Shown here in pieces: positions 1 through 10,200 of a stretch of 24,000 bases of DNA (within the stretch, counting starts at the first letter, position 1; each line of letters begins with the position of its first letter). The notes below the pieces were generated by a model that was given only the letters and a program-made list of their open reading frames with translations, had not been told where the DNA came from and did no database searches. Origin of the DNA: Candidatus Saccharimonadota bacterium. GTDB taxonomy: Bacteria > Patescibacteriota > Saccharimonadia > Saccharimonadales > UBA10212. The stretch is from the NCBI GenBank assembly GCA_028288985.1, contig JAQGHE010000007.1, positions 1 through 24,000 of the forward strand. The letters run 5' to 3'. Made by a program: the position numbers and the translations under genes.

Positions 1-3000
1 GACCGCGGTAACATCAAAGCCAACTTCAACAGTATCGGCGAGGTGACCTTCACTGATAAGAATGTGGTTTCTGATAATATTCGTAATTACGCCCCAAACG
101 GCTCGGACTTTTGCCGGCCCGATACGATTGTTTCTAATCCCGATAAGCTTAAGACAAACATCGGTTACGGCATCAACGTCAGCCCTGCCGGAAGTTTTAG
201 CGCCACGGCCGCCAACGGCCAAACCACGCTGGGCCTAGATGCGGAAGTAAAACTAGGTTTTAAGGGAGCAGCGGGTGCCTGCCAAGGTGTATTATTTAAG
301 GCTAAAATAAGCAACCCAGACGGCGTGGCGGAGGCTCTCTTCAAATGGAACGGAGCCAGCATATCAACTCTAGATGGGGCCCAAGACCAGTATACGTTTG
401 ACCAAGGCTCCGGCCTTCTCTACTTGTCGGGTTCTGCTTGCGGTACCTCAACTCTACGGGCAATCTTACTGGACTCTAGCGGGAGTAGCACCGGAAAATA
501 CTATGAGCTGCAAGACATTGGGTTCAACACCTCTAACATCCCTGGTCAATATCCGGCTCTCAATAAGCCTGAGTTCGGTTTTTCAGCCGGTTGTAATGTC
601 TTAGATGGAAGCTTCAAGACAATTAGGATTGCCGGCGCTTCAAGCGGCACCGGGCCCTCGTCATCTACCTCATCATCAACTACAGACGATACTTCCGCTT
701 GCATCCTTAATAGCAACACGACTCTGGAATGGCTTGCCTGTCCTGTAATAACAGCTATTAGTAAAACTGCCGATGGACTCAATAAATTAGTTGAAGATCA
801 GCTAAATTTCAAGACCCAGAAATTCTTAACGCCGGATGTACACAAAGTATGGGCGATCTTCAAAAACTTAGTATCGTCCATGCTTGTGATTGTGATGTTA
901 ATTATGGTTTTTGCACAGGCAATAGGCAGCCAACGGCTGGATGCCTACACGGTCAAAAAAATGCTGCCAAGGCTAGTGATCGCCGTCATAGGTATGCAGA
1001 TTTCATGGGATTTATGCCAGTGGATAATTGGGCTAGCAAACCACGCAGGGGAGGGGATAGGCCAGATAATGGCCGCGCCATTTGGAGGGGCTGGTAATTT
1101 GGATTTAGGTAGTTTGCTAAACCATCTTAACCCGGTGTGGGCAGGTGTAACGTCCGTTACATTAGTGGCTCTTTTGTTTGCAGCCCCCACCCTCGGCTTT
1201 CTATTTCTTCCCGGGGTCGCTTTGGCGGCCTTTGGGGTCTTTATGTCGGTATTAGTAGCACTGGCTACTTTGCTGTTCCGAAATGCGTTGATCATCACCC
1301 TAGTTATGGTATCGCCTATTGCACTCCTCCTATGGGTTTTCCCGGGTTCCGGGACACAGAAGTACTGGAAGTTATGGACGGATAACTTCACCAAAATACT
1401 GCTTCTCTTCCCAATCATGATATCTGTGATTTATGGAGGGCGTATTTTTGCCTATGTGGCGGGGGGACTTCAACCTCCGGGAGTTCTAGATTTTGTTATG
1501 GTATTAATAGGATTCTTTGCACCTTACGCCATACTGCCAAAGGCCTTCAAGTGGGGCGGATCGTTCCTCTCTGCGGCTTATCGAAATGCCGGCGAAAGCG
1601 GCCTAACCAAAAGGCTCCGTGATAGCGGCAATAGGCTTGTCGGGCAGGACTTCAATAACTACTGGAAGGGCAGGATGGCCCGTGAAAGGTATGATCCTTA
1701 TGATAAAAAGTATGGGGTCAGCAGGGCCAAAGTAAGAGGGAAAAGTATCCCAATCCCCATATTGAGGGGCAGGCTGGCGGGGAGGCTTGGTTCTCAGCAC
1801 TTGATGCCCACGGCCCACGGCCGCGCACAGGCCTTACGGGAGGGTGCTACCTGGGCAGGTGAGAGGAAGCAAGATGCTGAAGCCTTCGACAGAAGGATGT
1901 TTGACCTGGCCCAAGAACATGGTTATGCCGTCGATGAGGAAGACAAAGCCTTCCTGCCCGGATTGCCGGAAAATAAGAACAGAAAAGCCAAAAAATACAC
2001 AAATGCCAGGGGTGAAGAAAAGGAGGCCAGGTGGGAACCGGGCGTCGCCGCCGCCAAACAGGCCTTGGTTGATTTAACTTCAATTGCTAACAGTGGAGAT
2101 AAGCGTGTCTCGCAAATGGCCATAGATCTACTTGTTGCAACCAGTTCTAACCCTGAGATTGAAAACAATGTAGTCACCCACGGACCAGAGGCGGGTACCC
2201 GCGTATTCCGCACCAAGACATCAACCGGCAACACCGTCTGGGAAGAGTATATTGGCGGCAGCGACAAGTATGGCACCATAGCCCAAAGCAACTACGACCT
2301 TCAGACCCATGTCCTACAGTACAAATATGATAAAGAAAGGCCCGATCCAAAGAAGAACCCATTGGCGGCCTTCTTGTACGATAAGGCTTTGGTAGAAGGA
2401 CATACTCCCAAAGATCTTGAGGCCGGGACGATTAGAATGGATGACCCGGAGCGCACCCTATACGTAATGGCCAAGGACGCTACGCTGAATGAGTTATCTC
2501 CTCAGAGCCTAGGCTTCTGGCAGCGCCAGCAACGACACCAGCGCTCCGGTGACAAGGAAACACAGCAAGCAATAGGTGATGCCTTGCTGCTCAAACAATT
2601 CGCTAAACTGGTGGCCTTGGGTCCGGGCGGTGTGGGTCAATTTGCGCCTTTCAGGGGTGAGAAGGAAGATATTATCAATAGGATGTTGGCCGAATCCGGC
2701 GCCAAAACGCTAGATGGGAAAAACATAACCGTGGACAATTTGGTTGACATGGCCGGCGACCGCCAAAAATTAGAGGAACATGTCGCTTGGGCACGACCAA
2801 AGTCAAGAGCCCTTGGCGACGAAGACGATGATGGCCCCCCGCCACCACCGCCTCCAGGCGGCCCACCACCATCAGGCAGTCCGCCACCAGCTGGCTCGCC
2901 TCCAACTCCACCAACCAGCGGATCTTCGCCGCCATCGCCTAGTGACGGTCCGGAAACTCCTGCGGGGCCGAGCGCTTCAGGAGGGCTACCATCGGACCCC

Positions 3001-3399
3001 TCCCTCGGAGGAGGTGGTGGTGGCGCAGATGACCATACCGGTGACCGTTCTAGAAGTGCTGGTTCCGGGGCAGCCGGCACCAGAAACGCTTCCCCCAACG
3101 AGCTAATAGTCAATCATCGAAACCGAGCAGAGAACGTAAGCGGAAGCGCCACCGGCACAGGCGCCCCGATTGAAGTCAAGATTTCTTCAGAGTCTATGGG
3201 CGGTCTAACAGATCGCTTGAGACCGGCAATGAAATCTGAATTCAACAAATCGCTGGAAAATTCCGGCCTGATGGATAGACCGCGCCCTCAATGGACTCCA
3301 CCACCAAGTTCAGTCTCAACGCCACCCCCTGGAGCAACTATCCGGCCGAGTGAATCTCCCGAGGCGCCAGCAACCGAACCTGATGAGGAGAATAAGTAA
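1..3399 (+). CDS. VirB6/TrbL-like polytopic membrane protein of a T4SS-like apparatus, probably 5'-truncated by the window, with a long hydrophilic C-terminal region and a Pro/Gly-rich tail
   Basis: Frame 1 is open from nt 1 (DRGNIKANFNSIGE precedes the GTG at 43). The first ~270 aa have no signal peptide or TM although they look extracytoplasmic (Cys pairs, S/T linker GPSSSTSSSTTDD), so the true start is probably upstream. Residues ~270-500 carry about seven hydrophobic helices (e.g. LVSSMLVIVMLIMVFAQAI, VTLVALLFAAPTLGFLFLPGVALAAFGVFMSVLVALATLLF, LIITLVMVSPIALLLWVF, ILLLFPIMISVIYGGRIFAYVAGG, FVMVLIGFFAPYAIL). The gene sits directly upstream of the PrgI-like and VirB4 genes with a TAATG stop/start overlap at 3397-3401. 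The family call rests on architecture and context, not on a recognised motif. Confidence 0.6.
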   Translation, partial: DRGNIKANFNSIGEVTFTDKNVVSDNIRNYAPNGSDFCRPDTIVSNPDKLKTNIGYGINVSPAGSFSATAANGQTTLGLDAEVKLGFKGAAGACQGVLFKAKISNPDGVAEALFKWNGASISTLDGAQDQYTFDQGSGLLYLSGSACGTSTLRAILLDSSGSSTGKYYELQDIGFNTSNIPGQYPALNKPEFGFSAGCNVLDGSFKTIRIAGASSGTGPSSSTSSSTTDDTSACILNSNTTLEWLACPVITAISKTADGLNKLVEDQLNFKTQKFLTPDVHKVWAIFKNLVSSMLVIVMLIMVFAQAIGSQRLDAYTVKKMLPRLVIAVIGMQISWDLCQWIIGLANHAGEGIGQIMAAPFGGAGNLDLGSLLNHLNPVWAGVTSVTLVALLFAAPTLGFLFLPGVALAAFGVFMSVLVALATLLFRNALIITLVMVSPIALLLWVFPGSGTQKYWKLWTDNFTKILLLFPIMISVIYGGRIFAYVAGGLQPPGVLDFVMVLIGFFAPYAILPKAFKWGGSFLSAAYRNAGESGLTKRLRDSGNRLVGQDFNNYWKGRMARERYDPYDKKYGVSRAKVRGKSIPIPILRGRLAGRLGSQHLMPTAHGRAQALREGATWAGERKQDAEAFDRRMFDLAQEHGYAVDEEDKAFLPGLPENKNRKAKKYTNARGEEKEARWEPGVAAAKQALVDLTSIANSGDKRVSQMAIDLLVATSSNPEIENNVVTHGPEAGTRVFRTKTSTGNTVWEEYIGGSDKYGTIAQSNYDLQTHVLQYKYDKERPDPKKNPLAAFLYDKALVEGHTPKDLEAGTIRMDDPERTLYVMAKDATLNELSPQSLGFWQRQQRHQRSGDKETQQAIGDALLLKQFAKLVALGPGGVGQFAPFRGEKEDIINRMLAESGAKTLDGKNITVDNLVDMAGDRQKLEEHVAWARPKSRALGDEDDDGPPPPPPPGGPPPSGSPPPAGSPPTPPTSGSSPPSPSDGPETPAGPSASGGLPSDPSLGGGGGGADDHTGDRSRSAGSGAAGTRNASPNELIVNHRNRAENVSGSATGTGAPIEVKISSESMGGLTDRLRPAMKSEFNKSLENSGLMDRPRPQWTPPPSSVSTPPPGATIRPSESPEAPATEPDEENK
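2821..3025 (+). repeat. Low-complexity Pro/Ser/Gly-rich coding tract inside the VirB6-like gene
   Basis: Translates to DEDDDGPPPPPPPGGPPPSGSPPPAGSPPTPPTSGSSPPSPSDGPETPAGPSASGGLPSDPSLGGGGGG. The DNA is runs of ccn/ggn codons, which also create a stop-free antisense shadow ORF (2637..3113). Confidence 0.85.
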
Positions 3400-4406
3400 T
3401 GGCAGTATATAAGGTAATCCAGGATATTGAGGCCGAGGATAAACTGCTGGGACCGCTGACCTTCAAGGGCTTGGTTTATGCCGGGATAGCCGTAATCTGC
3501 GGCTTCATCAACTTCAAGCTTCTGACTGTCACAGCCCTAGGACCTTTTAAGTGGGTTTTAATTTTAGCTTTACTGTTTCCGATGATTCTGTTCGGTGTTT
3601 TAGCCTCTCCCCTTGGCCGGGAACAGCCGACTGAGGTGTGGCTGTTGTCGCGCGTGCGCTTTTTTCTAAAACCGCATGTGCGTATCTGGGACCAGTCCGG
3701 TATTACCGAGCTGGTAACCATTACCGTGCCCAAGAAAGTCATGAGGCAGCTGACTAAAAGCTTCAGCCAGGGCGAGGTAACCAGCCGGCTGCAGGCTCTC
3801 GCCACCACCCTTGATAGTCGCGGCTGGGCGGTTAAAAACATTAACGTAAACCTTAATGCCGAACCAAATTACTTTTCCGCCCAAGATGAGTCCGATCGGC
3901 TGATTGCCGCCGAGAACATGGCCATGGAAGTACCGGAAATTGATGTGCACGCCGCCGATGACATGCTAGACGAACAAAGCAATCCTACTGCTCAAAACTT
4001 CCAGAACATGATTGTCCAAGCTGAAGAAGCAAGGCGTCAACAGATGGCCGAGCGGTTAAACCAGGCTCGTTTGGCGGCTGAGACTGCCGCCGCCAAGGCC
4101 GCAGCCGAAGCAGCAAAGAGGCCCCCAAAATCTCTAATTCCCGAACCCGAACAAATAGAAAGGCTACAGGAAATCCATCCACATGAGGAGAAGATCCATG
4201 ACTTGCGGCCAATTTACGAGATCCACCGCAGTGCTAAATCCGGCTTAATTCACGACCTTAAATCAGGAAGCCCTAACAGAGTGACAGCCGAAGGCCAAAC
4301 TGATAAACTGGAGCTAGCCCAAAGTGGTAATGATTTAAGCGTGGCTTCTATCGCGAGTTTGGCAAACCGCAATCCCCGGGGTGAAGCGGCATCAGCAGCC
4401 AGTTAA
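3399..4406 (+). CDS. PrgI-family (VirB3-like) T4SS membrane protein with a ~200-aa C-terminal extension
   Basis: The N-terminus MAVYKVIQDIEAEDKLLGPLTFKGLVYAGIAVICGFINFKLL is followed by a second TM (FKWVLILALLFPMILFGVLASPL) and then GREQPTEVWLLSRVRFFLKP. This matches the pattern I know from PrgI-family proteins that precede VirB4 in Gram-positive conjugation systems. GAGGAG Shine-Dalgarno (SD) ~8 nt upstream; start overlaps the upstream stop (TAATG). The C-terminal part is hydrophilic with an Ala-rich, coiled-coil-like stretch (RRQQMAERLNQARLAAETAAAKAAAEAAK). Confidence 0.6.
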   Translation: MAVYKVIQDIEAEDKLLGPLTFKGLVYAGIAVICGFINFKLLTVTALGPFKWVLILALLFPMILFGVLASPLGREQPTEVWLLSRVRFFLKPHVRIWDQSGITELVTITVPKKVMRQLTKSFSQGEVTSRLQALATTLDSRGWAVKNINVNLNAEPNYFSAQDESDRLIAAENMAMEVPEIDVHAADDMLDEQSNPTAQNFQNMIVQAEEARRQQMAERLNQARLAAETAAAKAAAEAAKRPPKSLIPEPEQIERLQEIHPHEEKIHDLRPIYEIHRSAKSGLIHDLKSGSPNRVTAEGQTDKLELAQSGNDLSVASIASLANRNPRGEAASAAS

Positions 4407-4439
4407 AACTAAAATTCAGTACCAGCGGGTGGGTAAAAA

Positions 4440-5264
4440 ATGAATGACGCTCCTACAAATTATCAGACCACTCCAGCCGCGGCTGGCGGCCAACCCATGC
4501 CCGCGCAAACAGGCGCGGCGGCTGTTAAAAATAATCCCAACTCCACTCAAAATACGCTGTTAATAGGCGAGATTCGTGACGGTATCGTCATTATGAACGA
4601 CGGAACTTTCCGGGCGGTAGTTATGTGCAAATCGATCAACTTTGATCTGATGAGTCCCCAGGAAAGGGAAGCAGTGGAATTCAGCTACCAGGGATTCTTA
4701 AACTCACTATATTTTCCAGTCCAAATTTTTATCCGCAGCCAACGGGTCGATATCCGGCCTTACCTGGAGAAACTAGCCAAAATCCGCGGCGAGCACGACA
4801 ACATGCTGCTTGGTCTTTTGATGGATGATTACATCGACTTTCTGGCTAACATTGCCCAACAGACAAACATCATGGATAAGCGCTTTTATGTAGTCATCCA
4901 GTACCCGGACCCGGACGAAAAAGCCAGAAGCGCCCTGCGCCAATCGAAAAGCTTTTTTGGCGGCTTATCAGAGATGTTTACGCCCAATAAGATTCCTCAC
5001 ATCACCATAGACGAAACCCACCTGGAAAACGCCAAGACCGAACTGCGCAACCGGGTTCAGGCCGTCATGCAGGGGCTGCAGCAGTGCGGCGTACAGAGTC
5101 TGCCGCTTGATACCGAGGAACTGATTGAGCTTTATTACGGCGCCTATAACCCGGATACGGCTACCCGCCAGCAGCTTAAAAACTTCGAGAATATGACCGC
5201 TTCGGTTATCACGGGCGGAGCCGGGGCGGCTCCTCAGCCTAATCTTGATCGGGAGGTAAGCTAA
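4440..5264 (+). CDS. T4SS-associated protein resembling the N-terminal (pre-ATPase) domain of Tn916-Orf16/ConE-type VirB4, with no ATPase motifs
   Basis: A disordered N-terminus is followed by LLIGEIRDGIVIMNDGTFRAVVMCKSINFDLMSPQEREAVEFSYQGFLNSLYFPVQIFIRSQRVDIRPYLEKL. This follows the I-x-DGI-x-DG-x-Y/F...INF-x-L...E-x-E...F-x-x-FLN pattern I recall from N-termini of Gram-positive VirB4 homologues. No Walker motif is present. The stop overlaps the VirB4 start (TAATG at 5262-5266). The CDS is solid; the function is tentative. Confidence 0.55.
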   Translation: MNDAPTNYQTTPAAAGGQPMPAQTGAAAVKNNPNSTQNTLLIGEIRDGIVIMNDGTFRAVVMCKSINFDLMSPQEREAVEFSYQGFLNSLYFPVQIFIRSQRVDIRPYLEKLAKIRGEHDNMLLGLLMDDYIDFLANIAQQTNIMDKRFYVVIQYPDPDEKARSALRQSKSFFGGLSEMFTPNKIPHITIDETHLENAKTELRNRVQAVMQGLQQCGVQSLPLDTEELIELYYGAYNPDTATRQQLKNFENMTASVITGGAGAAPQPNLDREVS

Positions 5265-7189
5265 TGGGCTTACTTGGCAAAAGGAAGCAGCCCCAGGTAG
5301 ACCCGGCCGTTCTTCAGCAGGCCCGCGAACAGCAGGAGGTCAGCGCTGCTTTCGCTAAAGGCATTACGGCTCTACGCGACTTTATTGCTCCCAGTTCGCT
5401 GGAGTTTGCCGGCAATTATTTTCAGTTGGGCACGCGCTACGCCCGAACTTATTATGTGTACGGTTACCCGCGCCAACTTTACACCGGCTGGCTTTCCGGC
5501 ATGGTGAACCTCGATGAAGTCATCGACCTTTCGCTTATAGTCCAGCCCGTGCGAAGCGAGATCGTACTGGATAATCTGCGCAAAAAAGTTTCTCAGCTAG
5601 AAGCCGGTATCCAGATAGATTCCGAAAAGGGCAGGGTGCGCGACCCCGGTAAGCAAGCTGCTGTGCAGGATGCCGAGGAGATGCGCGATAAACTGCAGGT
5701 GGGCGAGGAACGTTTTTTCCGCTTCGGCCTGTACTTCACTATTTATGGCAGCTCAATGGAAGAACTGGAGTTCGTTAGCCACAAAGTTGAGTCGCTGCTC
5801 GGCCAGCAGCTAGTCTACTCCAAGCCGGCCACCGCCCAGCAGGAGCAGGCCCTAAATAGCGTAGTGCCGCAGTTTGCCGACCAACTGCAGATCTACCGCA
5901 ATATGAATACCGGCGCCCTGTCGACCAGCTTCCCATTCACATCGGCCGATTTGACGCAGGAAAACGGCATTTTGTACGGCATCAATATGCATAACTCCGG
6001 TCTGGTTATTTTTGACCGCTTCAGTTTAGAAAACGGCAACAGCGTAGTTTTTGCCAAATCCGGCGCCGGTAAAAGCTTTGCCGTAAAACTTGAGGCTCTG
6101 CGCAGCATGATGTTCGGTACCGAAATCTTTATAATCGATCCTGAAAACGAGTACCAGAAAATGTGCGACGCTGTCGGCGGGGCTTATGTGCGCCTCAGCC
6201 TTAATTCCAGCACGCGCATCAATCCGTTTGACTTGCCGCAAGTGGTCGACTCTGAGGAGTCCGACAACCCCCTGCGCTCCAACCTGATTACCCTGCACGG
6301 CTTGCTGCGCCTAATGATGGGCGGGGCTCAGGCTCAGGTGCAGCAGCAGGGCGGAACGACCATGATGCCGGCCCTTACCCCGGCAGAAGAGGCTGATCTG
6401 GATGCCGCCTTGATTGAGACTTATGCCAAAGCCGGTATTACTAATGATCCGCTGACGCATGGTTCGCCGCCGCCGACCATCAGTGATCTTTATGAAACAC
6501 TCCTGCACATGGGCGGCACTGGGCCGCAGCTGGCGCAGCGTCTGCGAAAATACACTAGCGGCACCTTCGCGGGCATCTTCAGCCAGCCCAGCAACGTCAA
6601 CGTCAATAACTCCATGGTAGTTTTCAACATTCGCGATCTGGAGGACGAGCTGCGCCCCGTGGCTATGTATATCGTGCTGAACCATATATGGAACCGCACC
6701 AAAGTGGATAAAAAGCGCCGCATGCTTATAGTCGACGAGGCCTGGCAGCTGATGAAATACGAAGACAGTGCAAACTTTTTATTCTCCTTGGCCAAACGGG
6801 CCCGCAAATATAACCTCGGCATCACTACCATAACCCAGGATGTGGAGGACTTTATGGCCAGCCGTATGGGCCGGGCAATTGTGGCCAATGCCAGCATGCA
6901 GCTGCTGCTTAAGCAGTCACCAACGGCTGTGGACGTCCTGGCCGACGTCTTTAAGCTGACTAGCGAAGAGAAGAAACGCCTCAGTCAATTTCCAGTCGGC
7001 CAAGGCTTATTTTTCGCCGGTCAAAACCACGTGCACATCCAGATCATACCCAGCCAAACTGAGGCCGATCTAATCAGCACCACGCCGGTGCCAACTCAAC
7101 AAACTCCAGCGAATCCCAATGTCTTACCTCAATATAGCCCTACTCCCCTCACTCCCGCTACCAATGAGATCCAGCCCCCGGGAGCTTAA
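5264..7189 (+). CDS. virB4: VirB4/TraE/PrgJ-type T4SS ATPase
   Basis: Walker A AKSGAGKS at 6053..6076 and Walker B LIVDEAW at 6725..6745. The PrgJ-like N-terminal domain is present (FIAPSSLEFAGNYFQLGTRYARTYYVYGYPRQLYTGWLSGMVNLDEVIDLSLIVQPV), and the C-terminal motif ITTITQDVEDF is typical of the family. GGGAGG SD 7 nt upstream. Confidence 0.9.
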   Translation: MGLLGKRKQPQVDPAVLQQAREQQEVSAAFAKGITALRDFIAPSSLEFAGNYFQLGTRYARTYYVYGYPRQLYTGWLSGMVNLDEVIDLSLIVQPVRSEIVLDNLRKKVSQLEAGIQIDSEKGRVRDPGKQAAVQDAEEMRDKLQVGEERFFRFGLYFTIYGSSMEELEFVSHKVESLLGQQLVYSKPATAQQEQALNSVVPQFADQLQIYRNMNTGALSTSFPFTSADLTQENGILYGINMHNSGLVIFDRFSLENGNSVVFAKSGAGKSFAVKLEALRSMMFGTEIFIIDPENEYQKMCDAVGGAYVRLSLNSSTRINPFDLPQVVDSEESDNPLRSNLITLHGLLRLMMGGAQAQVQQQGGTTMMPALTPAEEADLDAALIETYAKAGITNDPLTHGSPPPTISDLYETLLHMGGTGPQLAQRLRKYTSGTFAGIFSQPSNVNVNNSMVVFNIRDLEDELRPVAMYIVLNHIWNRTKVDKKRRMLIVDEAWQLMKYEDSANFLFSLAKRARKYNLGITTITQDVEDFMASRMGRAIVANASMQLLLKQSPTAVDVLADVFKLTSEEKKRLSQFPVGQGLFFAGQNHVHIQIIPSQTEADLISTTPVPTQQTPANPNVLPQYSPTPLTPATNEIQPPGA

Positions 7190-7202
7190 GGCTATATAAG
7201 CT

Positions 7203-10200
7203 ATGGCTAATGTGACCCTAGACCCTCGTCAGCAGGGCAATTCTAGTCAAAACTCTGGCGGAAGGGGCCGGCGGACCCGCATCAGGCTAAAGGCCAACGT
7301 TGAAACCGAGACAAAAATTGACTCTGCAACCCCCGTTTCTTCCAGCTCTACTCAAAACGCTCCAGCGATTAATGCGAACAGCCCGGCGCCTGAACCGGCG
7401 CCAAGTGCGCCGTCAAGCTACGGCAATATGCAACCGGCTCAGTCGCCGTACGACTCTCCGGGGAGTCAAACTTCTGAACCGTGGGGTGGCTCTAAAAATA
7501 AAAGTGAGGATGGGCCTGCAGAGACCGGCAGAGGTGATCAGAATACTGGTAGGGCTGATAACCAAGAGGCGACTCAAAGTAATAATCAATCAGTTCCAAA
7601 TACTGCCCAGAGTAACCCTAATATGGGACAATCCCAGCCTACAGCCGGCACTAGAGAAAGTGGCGAGGACGACAAAAATACAAGCTACGGCAGCCAAGGG
7701 GCGAGTCCCAATAGCGGGGGCGGCGGGGAATCAAATGATACGACGGCAGACCCCCAAAAACCAGGCAGCCAAACTTCGGCGTCTGACATTAATGAGTCTA
7801 CTTACGATACTCCCGGCAACCAGCCCTCCAAAGCTGACGATGCTCAACCATCTGGCAATAGCAATCCGGAATCGGAAGGCAAACAATCGGCTTCTCCTCG
7901 GGAAAACTTAGCCAAAGAGGAGGCTGCAGCTGCCGGTTTTAATTACTCCGGAGGCTCAGGCCATGAGAACAAGGTAGGCAAAGGCTATAACAAAAGCCCG
8001 CTTGCTAAAAACCGCCTAGGATTTTTTGGCCAGCGACGGGCGCTTCTGGGCTTAATAAGCGTAGCCCTTGTCGGCGGACTGCTCTCTTTTGGCAGTTTTT
8101 TCAGCACCTTTAAGCTAAACGGTATCATGGAGAATGTTTCGGCCCGCACCTTCGCCCGGCTTAACGGGGTGGAAGATAGGCGCTCTCAGGCTTGGACGCG
8201 TGCCTACATACAGATGAGGTTGATGGACTGGGGCAATAACCCGGATATGACCCCAGGTAAAGAGGAGAATGCCTTGTTTCGGGCTAGCCGGGTCAATCAT
8301 GGATTTACGATTAACCAACTGGCGCTGGACTGGTACCGCACGCTGCGAACCTCGTCGTTCGAGCAGGATGTTTTTGAAAAGCATGGTATTAAGTTTACCT
8401 CTGTTTTCACAGCCGACGGTAAAGTGCGCCCCGGAATAATTAACATCAACGGCGAGAAGACAATGATTGAGCCGGGCAAGGATATACCGATTGCCGATTA
8501 TGAGGGTATTGCCAATGGCAATATAAAAGTCCTCAACAAATACCAAGCCATGCTTGATACCAAGGTCTTTGCTAACGATAAATCCGCCCGCAAAGAAATA
8601 AAGGCGGTTGTAGACAATAACACTCACCATTGGCAGGTTTTCCAGCGGCGGCAGATCAGAAAATCCATCCAGAATATGACGGGGGTACGAAACTGGCGCT
8701 TTTTTGAGAAAACCCGCAATAAGATTGATGATAGTAAAATAAAGATTCGCAACAATATAATCGCTGCCGCCATTCCGGAAAGTACAAAGTCCGGAAAGTT
8801 CGTACGTTGCCTGTTTGGTATATCCTCGTGTACATTCAGCGAGGATCCAGCAGACCCCCAAAATCAGAGCAATAGGGACCTGGCAGGCAACAGCACCACC
8901 AACCCTGGAGACTCCGTAAAAGAAATAGACCCTTCAACCGGCAAGACGATAGACAGCAAGGTTGTCATTGACCTTCAGCCGGCTGCCGATATGGTTAAGA
9001 AAGTAACGGCCGATATCCTGCAAAAGGCAGCACCTGTCATAAATGCTTTAAATATAGTCTCTACCCTGGATAGTCTGAAGGGTATCGATAAAGCTATCCA
9101 AAACAACGATATCAGCAAGTCCGTGGCGGTTGCCAGAGGCATACAGGCTATGGGGCTTTACCAGGTTTTCCAGACGGCCAGCGATCAGTTGAAGACCGGC
9201 CAAGTCAACGGACAGCAGGTCAATGAGTTTATGAAAGTCATCGGACCGGCAGCCTCCAGCGAAGGCTACACCAAAGTTATTGCCGGTAGTGGAGACGGTA
9301 CACCTTTTACGGCGCTTGGCTGGCCTAAATCAGTCAATGCGGCCGCCGACCCCACCAAACTGACCGATTCTGATAAAGCCAAATTTTACTGCACACCAGA
9401 AAACCAGGCTAAGCTGCAAAAAGACCCCAGCCTAGCCGACAAGGATCCAAGGTTTTCTTTCGCTTATCTGTGCCCGGACAAACAGATCGGCAGCAGCACC
9501 AACGCTAATAAAATACAAACCGCCTATAACAGTAGTATCGGCGGTGTCATCCACCCCCTCCTTACTGCCTATGGAAAGGTACGAGATATACCGCTCCTTG
9601 GCGATCTGCTTAGCCTCGCCAACAACATGCTAGGCAGATTATCCGGGTTGGCAACCTCGACTATAAAACCGATACTTTCTGCCCTGGGAATATCCGACGA
9701 CATTACCAAATTTATGGAGTACGTGACACTTAAGATTACCGCCTTCCTGGGCGCCGGGCCGATCATGTCCGGCACAGAGCAGGCTGGTGTTTTTATAAAC
9801 TGGGTGATCCAGGGCGGCGCCTACTCGGCCGAGGCCAGCTCTAGGGCTAACGGCGCTAGTCTTACCACTCCACAGAGCATGGCTGAGTCTACCTTGGCTC
9901 TTAACGGCTATCTGCAAGATAAAAATTCTCAAACCTCCGTGGCGACCAAACTGTTCTCTCTGTCTAATCCGGACTCGCTGGCTTATCGAGCATCGTTTGC
10001 CATCAGCGATCTCAGCCTTTCAAATATATCCAACCGTTTAGTTGGTTTTGCTTCCGGCTTTGGTTCTATTTTCGGATTAGCCTTCCACCATGCGGCCGCG
10101 GCTGCTCCCAGTGGCTATGCGGCTTCCAATTTTGCCGGCATACACACCTTTGATTTTCCATCCCAGTGCTACGGAGACCCTCTACTGGCGACCCCTCAAA

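Noticed and set aside
945-3113. Antisense and off-frame ORFs inside the VirB6-like gene (e.g. 945..1418 -, 1923..2291 -, 2637..3113 -, 2780..3106 +)
   Set aside because: All lie entirely within a long, coherent plus-strand ORF. The ones over 2637..3113 are produced by the stop-poor ccn/ggn low-complexity tract. None has a motif or start context.
4440-7189. The possibility that the 274-aa and 641-aa ORFs are one VirB4 gene broken by a frameshift (pseudogene)
   Set aside because: The 641-aa ORF already begins with a complete PrgJ-type N-terminal domain and has its own GGGAGG SD. The TAATG junction is the same coupling device used at 3397..3401. The two N-domains are paralogous-looking, not consecutive parts of one domain. 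This should still be checked in relatives.
7300-8861. Alternative ORFs within the 1258-aa gene (7300..7911 +, 203 aa; 8115..8861 -, 248 aa)
   Set aside because: They are embedded in the long frame-1 ORF. The products are Arg/Leu-rich or otherwise non-protein-like translations of the low-complexity and ectodomain regions. There is no SD and no domain signature.
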